Below, piece by piece: positions 26,468-40,251 of a DNA stretch of 64,000 bases. Source of the DNA: Vicugna vicugna (taxonomy: Eukaryota); contig MU057640.1 of NCBI GenBank assembly GCA_013265495.1, forward strand, positions 62,001-126,000, in the 5' to 3' direction. Under the pieces are notes generated by a model. The model was not told the DNA's origin, did no database searches, and worked only from the letters and a program-made list of their open reading frames with translations. Each line of letters begins with the position of its first letter. Position 1 is the stretch's first letter. The translations under genes were made by a program, and so were the position numbers.

Positions 26468-27406
26468 TGTATTAGAAAAACTCAGTTCAGTCTACTCCCT
26501 GTGAGTCTTTCTCACGTGTGTCTTTTACTACTGACACAAACCACTCATCACCAAATGTGTAGATTTTTTTCCCCTACCCCAAGCAATTCTTTGTGACACC
26601 AGCTGGATGTCCTACAATTTAATTCAGTTCCAACACTATCTACCTGGAGATAGTGTCAGATCCCACTGATTTAAGGACTTAGTCTCACAAGACTGCTCCC
26701 ACCCATGTCAGATGCCAGTTGCAGGTAGTAGGTCCCTAGGTTACCTATAACTTCTGTCCAGTTTGGCTACAAATGGGAGTGTCCCACGACCTCCTCAGGT
26801 TCAATTAATTTACTAGAACAGCTCACAAAACTCAAGGAAACACGTTTACCAGTTTTTTTAAGGATATGATAAAAGATACAAATGAAGAGCCAGATGAAGG
26901 GCAAGGTCTGGGAGAGTCTTAAGCACAGGAGCTTCTGTCCTTATGAAATTGGAGCGTGTCACCCTCCCCATGTCGATGTGTTTGACAACTCGGAAGCTCT
27001 CTGAACCTTGTACTATTGGATTTTGTAGAGACTTCCTCACGTAGGCATGATCAATTATTATTTCCAATTCCAGCCCCTCTTCCCTCTCTAGAGTATGGGG
27101 GATAAGGCTGAAAATCCCAAGTTTATCATAGCTTGGTCTTTCTGATGACCAGCCCTCATCTAGGAGTCATCCAGGAGCCCACTCAGAGTTGTCTCGTTGA
27201 ACGAAAGCTGCTTCTAGTGCTCTTATCACTTAGGAATTTACAAGGGTTTTAGGAGCCATGTGTCAGGGATGGGGTCAGAGAGAGACCAAAAATCAGAACA
27301 GGAGATGCTCCTTGTACTCTTATCACTTAGGAAATTACAAGGATTTCAGGAGCTCTGTGCCAGGAACCAGAGGCAGACACCAGTATGTATTTTCTACTCT
27401 CTCACA
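26468..27406 (-). mobile_element. Solo LTR, MER21-like
   Basis: TG...CA termini with 5-bp TSD gcca(t/c) at 26463-26467 and 27407-27411. MER21 motifs gacaccagctggatgtcctacaattt, tgtcagatcccac and a duplicated ctcttatcacttaggaa. Confidence 0.85.
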
Positions 27407-27749
27407 GCCACTTACTTGTATGTATATAGAGCTTTATAGTTTATGATGGGCTTTGACCTACTTTTCAGCTTCCTACTCATAACAGCTCAGTGAATTAGAC
27501 ACGATAGTTCATGAAACTACTTTTAACAAATGAATAAACAAACTCAAGGAGGTCATCCAGCTAGCAGTAAATGGTAGTATCTACCCTGAAACCAAAGTTT
27601 TCTGAAACTTGGGGCAGAGTTCTTTCACCTACCCCATGTTGACATTGTCTCATTCAAAAGTTCTGGCCTCTGCTTTCCTCAGGTAGATCTTAATTGTAGT
27701 GAATGGAGAAATGTCAAATGCAGGAGACACTAGACAGCTCAAGAGCCTG

Positions 27750-28052
27750 AATGCTTCCCACAAATATACATTGTCTGGCCTGCGCACAGTTTATAAATTT
27801 GAATTAGTTGCCAATATTTCAGACATTGAAAGCTTTCACATAAAAACTAGGATGTCTCTCTCAAGAATTAGAAGATCTGACAAAACAGCGTGCTTTCTAT
27901 GTGGCAACAATGGCTTGAGCTGAACAGCAACTGTGCCTTTGGTTGCCTCTTTGCCACAATCCCTGCAGCTCCCTATGGTCCTTACACTCAGCCTGCTTCA
28001 CTCATATTGTTACCTGCTTTTAACCTTGTAGGCATTTGAGTTTGTGAACTCC
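27750..28052 (-). mobile_element. hAT-Charlie MER102-like element
   Basis: Reverse complement begins ...cacaaactcaaatgcctacaagg...gcaggtaacaatatgagtgaagcaggc. Confidence 0.65.
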
Positions 28053-28899
28053 TCAGGCTGTTATGTCGCTTCGATTTTTTTTTGGGAGGGGGGTAGGGGT
28101 GGGTAACTACTTCTAACTGTACAAAAATCACCAAAAATACGATAATACCTGTTCTAACAGATCCTGTTGATGTACTGCCAAATATGTTTTTCCCCCAAGT
28201 TTTTATGCTGTTACATTTGTTAAATGGCATCTTTAGAAATGGTTATGTTTTAGAGAATACATAGTTGAAAAGCAATGCATGATTATATTGTTTTCACCTA
28301 ACTCTCAAGAGTAAAACATTTCATGGCATTATGACCACTGTTAAGTCAGTGTACTCACACCTGCTTTCTATTTAGATGTTCTCCTCAATGGCAAATTGTA
28401 CTTAGTGCTTATCTTCATTCTAGATCCTTTTCTTTACAAGTGAAGAAATGTCTGCTGCCTCTTTCCTATTCTGCCTTTCTGCTTTTTAAATTCCCATGCC
28501 CTTTCTTCTATAAATTTTACCTTCTCTTGTATTTTATTAGACACATCTTTTAGGATTTGGTTTATTTTTCCTTTTGAAGTGCATTATAAAAGATTTCTGA
28601 AGAAAGGAACAATGGACAATCCCAAGAATAATCAGAGGATTTCCATTGATCCTTGGTTCCAGTGTTTCCTGTGACGTGAGCAGCTAATATGTGAAATGTC
28701 CTGGTCACTGACCTTTTCTAGATTAAAAAAATTTTACTTACCTTTAGAGTTACCTTTTTTATTTGTATTCATGAAAGCTCAGCGGTTCTCAGTCCTCAAG
28801 TCACAGTGTCTAAAACATACTTGAGACAGTGCCAGGCTATCCAGATCAAAGATGATGAACAAGACAGTCTCCATTTTTCAGTCCATTTACTCTCTCATT

Positions 28900-30820
28900 T
28901 TTAGATGACTGTTTGATGAGTCCTTCCTTTTCCTTAAACCTCCAGAATTTCTTACTCTGTTCTCTTTTCAACTGATGACCTTGCTTCCTACTTCACTGAA
29001 AAAATAGAATCAGTCAGTCTCAAATATGACACCACACCTACGCACCTACATGCAGCCATGCACATACAGTCTGTTTTCTCTCCTGTTCAAGAGATGAACT
29101 GTCTGTGCTCCTCGCTGAGGCCAACTGCTCTGTGAGATTCTTGTTCCAGCTCTTACTTATTCCAGCAGTGCTACCCCCCGCCCGGGTCTCCATAATCCAT
29201 GTTTCTTTCTCTAGTGGATCATCCATTAGCATAAAAACAAACCATCTTTAAAAAAAAAGTTTCTTCTTGGTGCCTTCAGTTTCTGCTCTTCCTCCCTTTG
29301 TTAAACTTATTTAATCAGATGTTTACCCTCACCACCTGTCAAGTCGTCTTCTGTATTACTATTCCAGTAGTCCTATCAACAGCATTTGACATAGCTCATC
29401 TCTCCTCTTCTTTGAAACACTAGTCATTTGGAGTTCAGGGGTCGTACTCTCTCAGTTTTCCCTTACATTGCTGCCTACTTCTCAGTCTGTGGACTCTTTT
29501 CTACCTACACCTCTCCCTTGATGATCTCATCCAGTGTTATGGGCTTAAATACCATCTCTATGCTGATGATTTTGAAATTTCTATTTCCAGACATCTCCCC
29601 TGAACTCCATAGTGGTGTTTCTGTCTTAGAAGCAGGATAGCATAGGGGTCAAGGACACAGACTCTGGAGATCTAGATTCCTTGTATTTAATCCTAGCTCA
29701 GCCACTTATTAATTTTGTGACTTTGGGAGAGGTTCTTAACCATTCTGTACCTCAGCTTCCCCTCAATTAAAAAAAAAAAGGATAATACTAATACCAACCT
29801 CATGTGATTGTTGTAAAGATGAAATGAGTAAAATATAAGCAAAGAGTACAGAACAGCCTGCCATATGGGTACATATGAGATATTATTATCATCATCATCA
29901 TTAAACATTTCACACCAGACATGTCACACTAACGTGTCACAAACCAAATTGCAAAACTCTCTCCCAAACTACTCTTCCCTAGTCTTCCCCATCTCAGTCC
30001 CTGTGCTGTAGCCCAAAATCCTGGATCCAGTCTTGACGCCTCTTTCTCTTATACCCTGTATCCGTCCCATCAGTAGTTCCTGTCTCACTACCTCCACCAC
30101 TACTGTCCTGGTCCAAGCCAGCTTCTCCTCTTGTCTGAATCATTGTATTCGTGTTGTACTCCACCTGCTTTCATTATCCCTCTACCATTTGTTCTCAAGA
30201 TACCAGCCTGAGTGATTTTTAAGACAGAGGTCTGATTGTGTTGGTCCTCTGCACTGGATCCTCCAGTAGCTTCCTGACCTACTCAGAGTAAAAATCAAAG
30301 TCTTTTGGGCTGAGTAGGCCATTGTACATGAATTCTCCCTGTCCCTTTTCCTGTCTTCTCCTACTCTTGCTTCCTCTGTTTCATCCACACTAGCCTTCTT
30401 GCGATTCCTTGAGCATATTAGGTATGCTTCGACCTCAGGACCTTTGCATTTGCTATAACCTGTAGTCTGAAACACATACTATCCAGACATACGCATGGCT
30501 TTCTTCCTCATCTCTTTCCATTCTCTTCTCTAAAGCCCCATTTTCAGTGAGGCAGTCACTGAGAACCCTATTTTAAATTCCAAATACCACCCTCCTCCAT
30601 ATATACACACTTACTCTTCCTCTTCCTAGCTTTATTTTTCTCTGATAGAGCTTATCACCATTTTTCATCCAATGCATTATACTTGTTTCTCTCTTCCTCA
30701 CTAAAACATAAGCTTTGTGTGGACAGAGATCTTCACCTATTTTGTTCACTGCTGAATCTTCAGTGCCTAGAATAATATGTGGTCCATAGTAGCTGCTCCA
30801 AAATGAGTCAGTGAATGACA
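28900..30820 (+). mobile_element. LINE-2 3' region with a MIR inserted at ~29625-29905
   Basis: gatgaccttgcttcctacttcactgaaaaaatagaa...; 3' end ttgttcactgctgaatcttcagtgcctagaata...gtccatagtagctgctc...gaatga; MIR core tgtgactttgggagaggttcttaacc. Confidence 0.8.
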
Positions 30821-32388
30821 TGCTTTCAAGTTTACTCTGTAGTGGGAAAAACAGGACAGGTAGAATACTGGTTACTAAATTGTGTAAAAATAGCAGGTAC
30901 TACTGGAGCAGAGATGGAGAATGAATGCTAGAGATAGTGATGAAGGCTTCTGAGAGGAATGATACCTAAGGCTGAGACTTAAACTGTGAGTTCCAGTTAA
31001 GTTAGAGGAGAAAAGCATTTCAGACAGAAGGAATAGCATTAACAGGACCACTAGGGTGAGTGAGAACCTACCTCAGCTCATTCATTCATTCAACCTAGAG
31101 ATATACAGGAGACAGAAGATGAGACCCAAGTTTATGGTATGGATGACCAAGGCGGTGCAGGAATGATTCTCTGTGAGATGACGTATGATGGATTTGGTTT
31201 TGGACAGATTGAATTTCAAATCCCTATGGAATTTTCATTTCTGCTATTATACACATTTGAAATATGAACTTAATATTAGAATAATTTCCCCTTCCTGCAA
31301 TTAAAAGTGATTTGGCAAACTAGATGAGCTAAATTGCTTCCAAAAAAATCTCTCCTTTGCTATGTTGGTTTATAACATGCTACCAACCCTTATTTTTTTC
31401 CCGGAAGCCTTTAAAGGCCACTCTCACTTAAGAAAGTGCGGGCTAAAAGTTACTGTACTTTTAATGAAGCAGCCATTGGAGATAGTACCAGTCTCAAATT
31501 CTGTAGAAAGTTGTTTCCCTTCACTGTTTTGTCCTTTGGAGAACACTCATTGTATCTTGAAATTGTAAGACAAAATTTGTTCATTACATGATTTATTAAG
31601 AAATTCAAGTATCATCAAATTATAGATTTTAAGGCCCTTCTCAGATATTTTAAAAAAAAGTTTCCTGTGAAAGAAGAGAAATCTCTTGTCATTCATTACA
31701 AGGCATACTGTGTCATAGTTGCCCACTAACATATTATTACATATTATTACAATAACATAACATTATTACTCCTAATGACTGGGTTATCTCTGTGTGTAGG
31801 TATGACAGAAAGACTGACCAGAGATTCTTTACACATGGGTTACCCTTGAAGACCTCTTTGGTGTGTAGCAGAGAGAACTTTGTGCAATAGAATGGCAAAT
31901 CACTATTGCTCAGAAAAAGTAACTCACTCTACCCTTTCTGCCCAGATTGGCTGTCTGCTGCTGTTGCTTCTTAACATTTCATAGCTCTGCCAAATTATGC
32001 TTCTGTGTATCTTTATAGCATTTCCTTGCTTTGCCTTACGTCAGAACATCTTTTTTCTCTTATCTATCATACACCCAACACAATTGTCTTGCCTTCAAAT
32101 ATCACTTCTATTTATGTTGATTGATTGCATGTTCTTATTTCACTGGTTGCCTTGGGAATCGTAGAACATTAGAGTTGGACTACACCTGAGTTCTGGGTCT
32201 CAATTTAAAGTAATAGGATATGAGCGCATTTGTTTAAAAAAAAAAAAAAAGAAAGAAAGAATTGAGGGACATAAAATTCCAAATAGGTCTACTATTTCGG
32301 TATAATGAATTGTCTTTCCCAAAAAAGATTTAATTAATGATCACTTTCCAGAGATGATGATGATTTGTTTCTGAGGGATGGTTTGTAT

Positions 32389-32594
32389 CAGAGGTCATCA
32401 AAATGTGACCCCACTGCCTGTTTTTGTAAATAAAGTTTTATTGAGACAGATCCATGTCTATTTGTTTACACATTATCTGTGGCTGCTTTCGTGCTGCAGG
32501 GCAGAGTTGAGTAGTTGTGACATAGACCATATGGCCTGCAAAGCCTTAGCTACTTGATATCTGGTCCTTCACAGAGAAAGTTTGCCAGTCCTTG
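32389..32594 (+). mobile_element. MER58A-like hAT-Charlie element
   Basis: ctgcctgtttttgtaaataaagttttattg...gcagagttgagtagttgtgacatagaccatatggcctgcaaagcct. Confidence 0.85.
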
Positions 32595-32728
32595 ATTTAA
32601 ACAGTTTAGAAACTTACTGCTCCAACTGGAAATCTGAAGTGCTTCCCCAGATAGCACCGATATGTAACAAAAGTGACTGTAAGGACTTGTCAGCATACTG
32701 AGAATATTTTCAACTTGTGATCTCCATT

Positions 32729-32864
32729 CTTTGTTTTGATTTGGGGGTGGGGAAGGGGATTCGGTTTGTTTATTTATTTATTTTTAGAGGGAGTCACTGG
32801 GAATTGAACCCAGGACCTTGTGCATGCTAAGCATACGCTCTACCACTTAAGCTATACCCTCCCC
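32729..32864 (-). mobile_element. tRNA-derived SINE (camelid Vic-1-like)
   Basis: A and B boxes in reverse complement; 13-bp TSD tgtgatctccatt at 32716-32728 and 32865-32877. Confidence 0.9.
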
Positions 32865-33652
32865 TGTGATCTCCATTTTTTTTTAATTTACTGTTTAAAG
32901 TGGTGTCTAATGGAAAAAAAAAAAAACTTCTGGAGATAAATAGGTAGGTAGATGGCAGTTCTTTATTGAAATTAGTTATTTCAGTTGCCTTTTATTGTGA
33001 GTGTCTTTTGTATTTAGGGGAAAGTGATCTTACAGTATACTGAGCTTGTTTAGTTATTATTTCCATGTCATTTCTGCAGCCACCTTGTGTTTTTTCACAG
33101 GTATTTTCATGTGAAGGTTACCTGTGCATTTCTCTTACTGGCAGCACAGTTTTCCTGATTCAGTCATTTGTGATGGACCCAGTGTCAGTGTCTGCTTATT
33201 TTCTGTATTGGTTTTTATGTACCCATAATAAAAGATGTTTAAGGGAAATGTTTGCTTTAAAACTCTAAGCTGGATATTTAGAGAGTTGAGTGATTACTTG
33301 AAAATTATACTATTTCCTATTTTTCGCTCATAGATTAAGCTTGATCCTTCTCAGATTTTACCAGTTTAAATTCTAAGTTACTGACGTTCTCTTCATGTTA
33401 GACCCATTTTCTTTCTTTGAAGAATAAGTAGTTTTCTCTTTGTTGTAAAACTGTATTTTTGTACATTGACACTAGTCAGTGAGAATTCTACCTGTAACCT
33501 TGAAATTATTATTAAAATAGACACTATTGGAACATTGGTGATGAAATAATTCTTAATGTCTCACATATATGTTACCCCTACTACATTTCTATTAGTGTCT
33601 GAAGTATTATATAGCCCTTTTTAAAGATAATGTTATTTTTTACACTTAAAAA

Positions 33653-33790
33653 TTTTTTAATTTATTTATTTATCATGGGGGAATTAGATTTATTTATCTA
33701 TTTATTTATTAATTACTGGAGGTACTGGGGCTTGAACCCAGTAATTTGTGCATGATAAACAAGCACTCTTCCACTGAGCTATACCCTCCA
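33653..33790 (-). mobile_element. tRNA-derived SINE (camelid Vic-1-like)
   Basis: ggaggtactggggcttgaaccca...ccactgagctataccctcc with a (ttta)n tail. Confidence 0.85.
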
Positions 33791-34749
33791 CTCCCTCAGT
33801 CTTTTTTTTTCCCGAGGAGTGTTTATGTCACCGAAATGTATGTAAATTCTGTATTTATTATCAGAATGAAAGACTCTAAAGTTTACAGGTAGTATAGAAA
33901 CATTGCTACTATAGAATTTATGAGAGGAAGTCTAGGCTTAATTTCAGCTGCAGGTGTCTTTGAGTGTTAATATCTTAATACCTGATTGAAGTAACTGTAG
34001 TGTGGCAAACTATAGTGACATTCCAGAACAGCACTCAAATGTATGGACAAATGGAAGAACTCATATTATCTGTTGTCTTCTCCTATTTAGAGAGATCAAA
34101 GGCTATGAAATTTGACAGATACAGTGCCTCACTGATACATTAGTACAACACCATAAAAATTATTATAAAGACATACCTCAAAAAGCAGAGATGTTTTCAT
34201 AAGTCTAATTGGACCAAGAAAGTATTTTCATGTATGTGATAAGGAAACTAAATGGAGAACAGTCCCATTCTAAAATGGCCTTTTATTCTGCCCACCTTCA
34301 GTATCCGAACCTTGAAGTAGTTGCTGAACTCTGTAGGCCACAGCTACACAATGAGCATATTGATAAAACTGTAAATTTAATTTCTTACACAGGATTTTCA
34401 TTGCCTTTTGGCAGTCTTCTGTGTCACGGATTAGCTGTCTCCTATCCCTACAGAAGATATTTAGCAAATTTATTCCTTCAGCAACTATGTCTTAAACTCC
34501 TGCTCTGTTCTAAACTCTGAGGATATATCAGTGAACAGGATGGAAAAAACCCTGCCCTCGTGGAGCTTACCTTCCAGCATAATGCTGCATAATAAGCATT
34601 GGTTAAATATGGGCAGTTACTGTTGCTGGTGGGGTGTCTGTTTTCCCAGTTTGCCTGGACAGCGCCAGTATAACACCTGTTTCTGGGTTTTAATAGCACC
34701 CTCTTTTCTCTTTCAAAGGGGTCCCAGTTTGAACAGTAAATTATATGAC

Positions 34750-34970
34750 CACACTAGTTCTAAACCTTTTACATCTATTAACTTATTGAATCCTCATAAT
34801 AATCCCATGAGGTTGTAACTCCATTAACACCATTGTGTAGATGTGGAAACTGAAGTATAGAGAACTCAAGTAATTGCTCTTGGTCATACTAGTAAGTGGC
34901 AGAACCGGAATTCATATCCACACAACAGCTTGGTTCCAGGGTGTGTTCTCTGAGTCACTATACTGCACTG
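34750..34970 (-). mobile_element. MIR SINE
   Basis: aatcctcataataatcccatgagg...gtagatgtggaaactgaag...agtaagtggcagaaccggaattc. Confidence 0.75.
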
Positions 34971-35655
34971 CCCCAGTACTGCTGTTGTAAATCTTTACTT
35001 CTTTACCCTGCCTGTCTGCATTCTCCCCAGTAAAGTAAAGCGGGTTGTCTCATCTTCACAGATGAATCTGTGGCTCTTTGAAGTGAACTTCCTCAACTTA
35101 TCACTCTCTCCTTTACAAATCCATCTTCATTTCTGCTCGGCTTCATTCCATCCCTCCATTTCAAGAAAGAGACATTCCTCTTCCCACCAAAAACTTGTAT
35201 TCTAGCCTCATCCCATTCCGCCTCCTGGAGGACTTTGTTCTCTACGTTACTCTTCTCTCTCTTGGGTCTTCAGTCTCCATCTTTCCACTGGCTTTTCCCA
35301 TTCAGCGTGTAAGCATGATCTGTTGTTGTTGTGTGTATTACTCTTAAGTTTATTAATATAATGATGATAAATGGCTACCAATTATTTACTGCCTTCTTTA
35401 AATCCCAGATACTGTATGTATTCTGATCCTTTAACAGATCCTGCAGATACTTTACAGATAAAGAAATGGAAGCTCAGAGGGCTACATAACTTGCTTAACT
35501 TATGAATAGTGGCACTGAATTCAGACTCATATGTGTCTTCCTCAAAAATCCATTCTGTTTCTAGTATATCATGTTAGTTTATCACAGTTCTTAAAGAACT
35601 TCCTTGGTCCTCTGCCTGTCCCCCATTGCATTATAGCACTTTCTGTAGAGGAGTG

Positions 35656-35793
35656 TTTTTTAATTTTTTAAATTCTATTTGGAAGGGGAGGTAATTAGGT
35701 TTTTATTTATTTTTTAATGGAGGTACTGGGGATTGAACTCAGGACGTTGTGCATGCTAGGCATGCACTCTACCACTGAGCTATACCCTCCCCC
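35656..35793 (-). mobile_element. tRNA-derived SINE (camelid Vic-1-like)
   Basis: ggaggtaattaggtttt...atggaggtactggggattgaactcaggac...gcatgcactctaccactgagctataccctcccc. Confidence 0.9.
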
Positions 35794-35890
35794 GCTAGAA
35801 AAGCTTTTTTTAAAGAGAGTATTTAATACTTGTAGACTCTTCTTGCCTTTCATTTACTTCTCAAGCCTTCTAGTCTGATTTCCACCTTTC

Positions 35891-36262
35891 TGTTAGAACC
35901 CTCCAGAGAAACAGAACCACTGTTTGTTTAGATAGACAGACAGACAGACAGACTGATTTAGATATCTCTTATCTAACTATACATATGTATATATAGAGGG
36001 GGGGTTAGTTTCAAATTGGTCCATGTGATTGTGGGGGCTAGCAAGTCTGAAATCTGTCAGGCAGATCAGAAGGCTGGAAATTCAGGTAGGACTGCTGTTA
36101 CAGACTTGAGGCAGAATTCCTTCTCTGGGGAAACCTCTGTTTTTACCCTTAGGACCTTATAAGGACGCATACTATCAAAGGTTATCTCATTTACCTAAAG
36201 TCAGTTGATTGTAAATGTTAATCGCATGTTCAAAATACCTTTTTAGTAACATGTAGACTAGT
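35891..36262. mobile_element. MLT2-like (ERVL) LTR fragment within L2 debris (~35040-37150)
   Basis: ctccagagaaacagaacca...(gaca)n...catgtgattgtgggggctagcaagtctgaaatctg...aggctggaaattcagg. Confidence 0.65.
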
Positions 36263-38251
36263 GTCTCCCAAATCTAAAATTCCATCTTAGAATTCTCTAC
36301 TGAGTTTTAGACCTATCTGTCCAATTGCTTAAATGTTGCATAGACATATCAAAGTTGGCTTGTCTCAAACTGAAATCCTATTCTTCCCCTCTCACTCTTG
36401 CTTTTGCATCTGTTTTATTCTCTGTCTTAGTTTGTGGTACCTTCACCCAGTTACCCAAGCCAGGAACCAGAGAGGAGTCTTCAACTTCTCACTTACATTT
36501 ACCATTTAAGACTTTCTCATCTCTATCCCTGTCTCAACCAAGAGAGCTCATTTTCTCTCACCTAGAATCTTGTTGTGGTTTTTCTACCTCCTGTCAGTCT
36601 CTTTCCAACTCCTCTACACTGCTCCAAAGTTATATTTAAAAATGCAAATTATTTAAAATTCCTTTAGTAGCTCCTAATTGCCCACAGAATTAAGGTAGAA
36701 TTCTTTAGCAGGCACATGAGGCCCTTCCATGGCTAGGCCTTTCCTGCTCTTTATCTCCCGCTGCACCTTACTCACCCATCTATTTTAAAGCCACACTGAA
36801 GTATTTATAGAGCCCAGATTTGCTGTGTTGTTTGTTTCCATGTCCTGTGCTGCTGTTTCTTCTGCCTGGAATGTTCACTACCTCTGTTACTTCCCTGCCT
36901 TTCTTAACCTCCACCTTGGGCAGCTAGAAAAATTATTTCAGTACCAAATTCAATTTTCTCTTCTGAATAACTTTCCCCAGTTTCACAAATAGATTTGACT
37001 GTGCCTCCTTTCTGACATTGTTGTACACTGTTTTCAACTCTACTATGGCATTTATTACTGTATTATTTATTCTTGTTACCTTTCAATGGACTGTGAACTC
37101 CTCGTGTATCTCTACTGCCTGGCACGTAATAGGCTCTCATCAGATTTGTGATGGTGGTGATGGAGATGATGAGCCCAGTGTGAGCTCCCCAGTCCACTTA
37201 AATAAGGCTATACCTTCCATATTAAGGAGTGCTGGGCTGGGACGTGTATAGAGGAGAATGGTAGACATCTCTTTATCCTCCTTTGTCCCTTTTAGAGGCT
37301 GCTACTCCAACTTTTAGTACCAGATTCCTTTTGATCTATACTTTTTATGATGTTCTGATACCTGTTCTCAGCCTTCACTTTGCTTTTGTTTTATTTTGCT
37401 TGTATCCTTGGAGAAGTTAAAAAGAAAGGAAACTGTTAAATTACTATTGCAAATCCCCACTGTCCCATTTTCATTCCTTCATGGGAGAAATCATACATCA
37501 GCTTGTTCTCACGTGATTCTTGTGTGCCAAAAGAAGTCTTTTCTGAGCCAGTAAGAAGAATTCATGTCACAATGACTATTTTTCCAACAGTTTTTTAATC
37601 CTCTTATGTCCTCAAAATGTCTCTATGTATTTAATGTCAAATTCAAAACTAAATAGTTTTGTGTTAATCCTGAGAGAAGAAATAATGGTTTTTAAAGATT
37701 GTTAAAGGAATAATGAAGACTTCTTGGGTTTTTAACATGAAAATTTCAGGTGACCAAGGGCCCTACTATACACATTGGGGTCAAAGGATAGTAGAATGGT
37801 CAGCATCTCAATTTAGACTTACTTATTAATTTCTACTCTAAATACACTAGTAGAAGCTACTTGTGGTGTAACTCCTTATATATTTAATATTTATCTAACT
37901 CTTGGTTTTTATGGTTGAGTTTTAAAATGGGTGAAGAATCTACTTAGTCTTTGCCCTATACAGAATGTGGTAGCTTGGTTTTTTATTCCATCTGTCCTCC
38001 TTATCCTTTACTTAATTTTATCTTACTGTTTTGCATTGTGTTTCTAAAATAATGGCTTTGGCTTGTTTTTTTCCTGAATGTTTCTGCAGTTTGGTTTGAG
38101 TATCTGGCTTTGGGCACCCCTCCTGAACTTGGACTCCAGCTGTACTTGTGACTTTTAGAAGGCAGAAATCAGTGTTTTCTATGGAAGATAATTTTTTTAA
38201 TATTATGTATATATATGTCTCTCCCCCTTCCTTTTTGGTTTCTTTTAAAAG

Positions 38252-38326
38252 ACTGGGAAAAAAGCAGTTAAGGCAGTCCTGTGGGTATCAGCAGATGGAC
38301 TCAGAGTTGTGGATGAAAAAACTAAG
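38252..38326 (+). CDS. NUMB: NUMB coding exon (TGKKAVKAVLWVSADGLRVVDEKTK), 75 nt
   Basis: Acceptor tcttttaaaag, donor gtaaaa; PTB-domain sequence, phase 0/0. Confidence 0.98.
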
Positions 38327-39347
38327 GTAAAACTTTCATAAGCTTAAGTGTTACTGCTCATGTTTTTTTGTATCCCTAATGATCAAATACAGTGCCATTA
38401 AGCTGCTGTAGTCACTGTGTATCCTTCCACTTTGTCCAAAGTACGATCTTCAGAGAGACTAGTTAATGTTCAGTAAACAAATTTAGTTACTCATGTACCT
38501 TATGAAAAATAGAATTCTCTCAGCATTTTGTTCTACGTGACACAGCATGTTTAGCCTACTGGGTAATTTGCACTTAATGTTAAGATCTGGGTTCTATTTT
38601 TGTTCTTACACATTAAAAAAAAAAGTTTGCCCCCATAAATTTGATGTAAAAGATGATGGACCCTTTATCACAGTTAAACATTTTTTTTAAAAAGATGATG
38701 GGACCACATCTGAAATTTCTTCTTGTTCCTTAAAAAAAACACTTTATTTTTAGAAATACTTTTAGAAAGTGATATTTGAACTGATTAATCTGTTATTTAA
38801 CTGAAAACTCAATTTAAGTGAAATCGTACAGTCTAGTTAACAGCTCATTTGGTTACCACTTACTTAGAATCCAACTATATCTCAAATAATAAATAGCACT
38901 TTGCATTTGAAAAAAAGTGATCCTACATACCTAAATAAGAATAGACACAAACTGCCCTTAGCATGAGATATTATATAAGTGCAGTTAATCATTAATTAAA
39001 ATTTTCTAAGAGACCTAAAATCTGGAGAAATTTTAACAAGAAAGCAGTTTAAAAAAAAATCTCAGATGTCACTGGAAGGGGGAGAAAGTCTGGCAGGTAA
39101 AGAGCAGTTTTGATAGATTGCTTGCCTGATACATTTTAAGTGGTTTAATATAGCTACATTTTTGTTCTTTTGACCTTCCTTAGGCCTTTTTTTTTTTAAG
39201 TTCAAGAAAAGTGATAGTCTTAAATGTACATCACAGTTGGAAACAACCATCATTTTAATTAGCTTATTTTTAAGAATTTGTGTAGATGAAATTTGATGTA
39301 TGTGGAGGCTATTTTTTTAATTGCTTTATGCAATAGTTAGAAAGTGA

Positions 39348-39380
39348 TGTTGCCCCCTGGTGGCTACTTAGAGCACTGCC
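39348..39380 (-). promoter_or_regulatory. Candidate CTCF site (core + upstream motif)
   Basis: Reverse complement GGCAGTGCT-CTAAG-TAGCCACCAGGGGGCAACA matches the CTCF core and the ZF9-11 upstream motif with canonical spacing. Confidence 0.7.
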
Positions 39381-40251
39381 ATTAATTAGATTAGCTCTTC
39401 CCACGTTGAGTGATAACAGTAATTGATGATTTGTCACCCTGAGACCCATCATGAGCAGAAATGTTGTAATGTATATAATATATAAAGGGCTCATATTTAG
39501 ACTGTATAATTACTCACACATATTAAAAGAGAAATGACAGACAACCCAAGACTTTGCTGAAGAAGAAATTCATGTAATCAAGGTTATACAGAATAAAATT
39601 ATAATGAGCCACCAGAATGTGGAAAACTTCAAAGAATTGACTGGCAGGTTTGTGGGGCAACAGGAATTCTCATAGTTATGCTTTATAAAAGACATTTTGT
39701 TTGATTGTATGTTTTAGCACCTACAGCCCTCACCTCAGCATCTAGGGATTTCAGGCCATTGAAAATATCACACAGAAGAGCCTCAAGATTAAAAAAAAAT
39801 GTGTAATATTTATACAATGTATATACTATGCTATTGAGCAAGTATATAAACAGAGAATCATACTCAAATGATCAGTAGGTTAATAAATACATCGAACTGT
39901 TCTGGAGATGATGTTATTAAATATGAGCTATATGGAAATTGGATTAAATTAACTGATTTACATATATTGTAAAACTGAACAGGGAATTTACCATGATAAA
40001 GCTAGACCCAGCAAGCATGTATTTTAGAACATGAAGAGGAAGTGTGAGGGAGGACTCTGGGCAGATTGCCTCTTGTGATCTCTTCTGGGTCAAATTCTTC
40101 ATATTCAGACTTCTAGCTCAGACCTAGCTATTCCATTGCCCTGATGCATTAGATGGAGGGGTTCTGTGTTGTGAAACAAACATCCTGTGTTTCTTCTGAG
40201 AAGCTTGAATAACCTTTTAAGTCCTTTTTCTTTGTGCTTCCCCTCTTCTAG

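Noticed and set aside
27220..27355. ~37-bp repeat pair that could look like a CRISPR-type array
   Set aside because: Only two copies, inside a MER21-like LTR where such internal duplication is expected; eukaryotic context.
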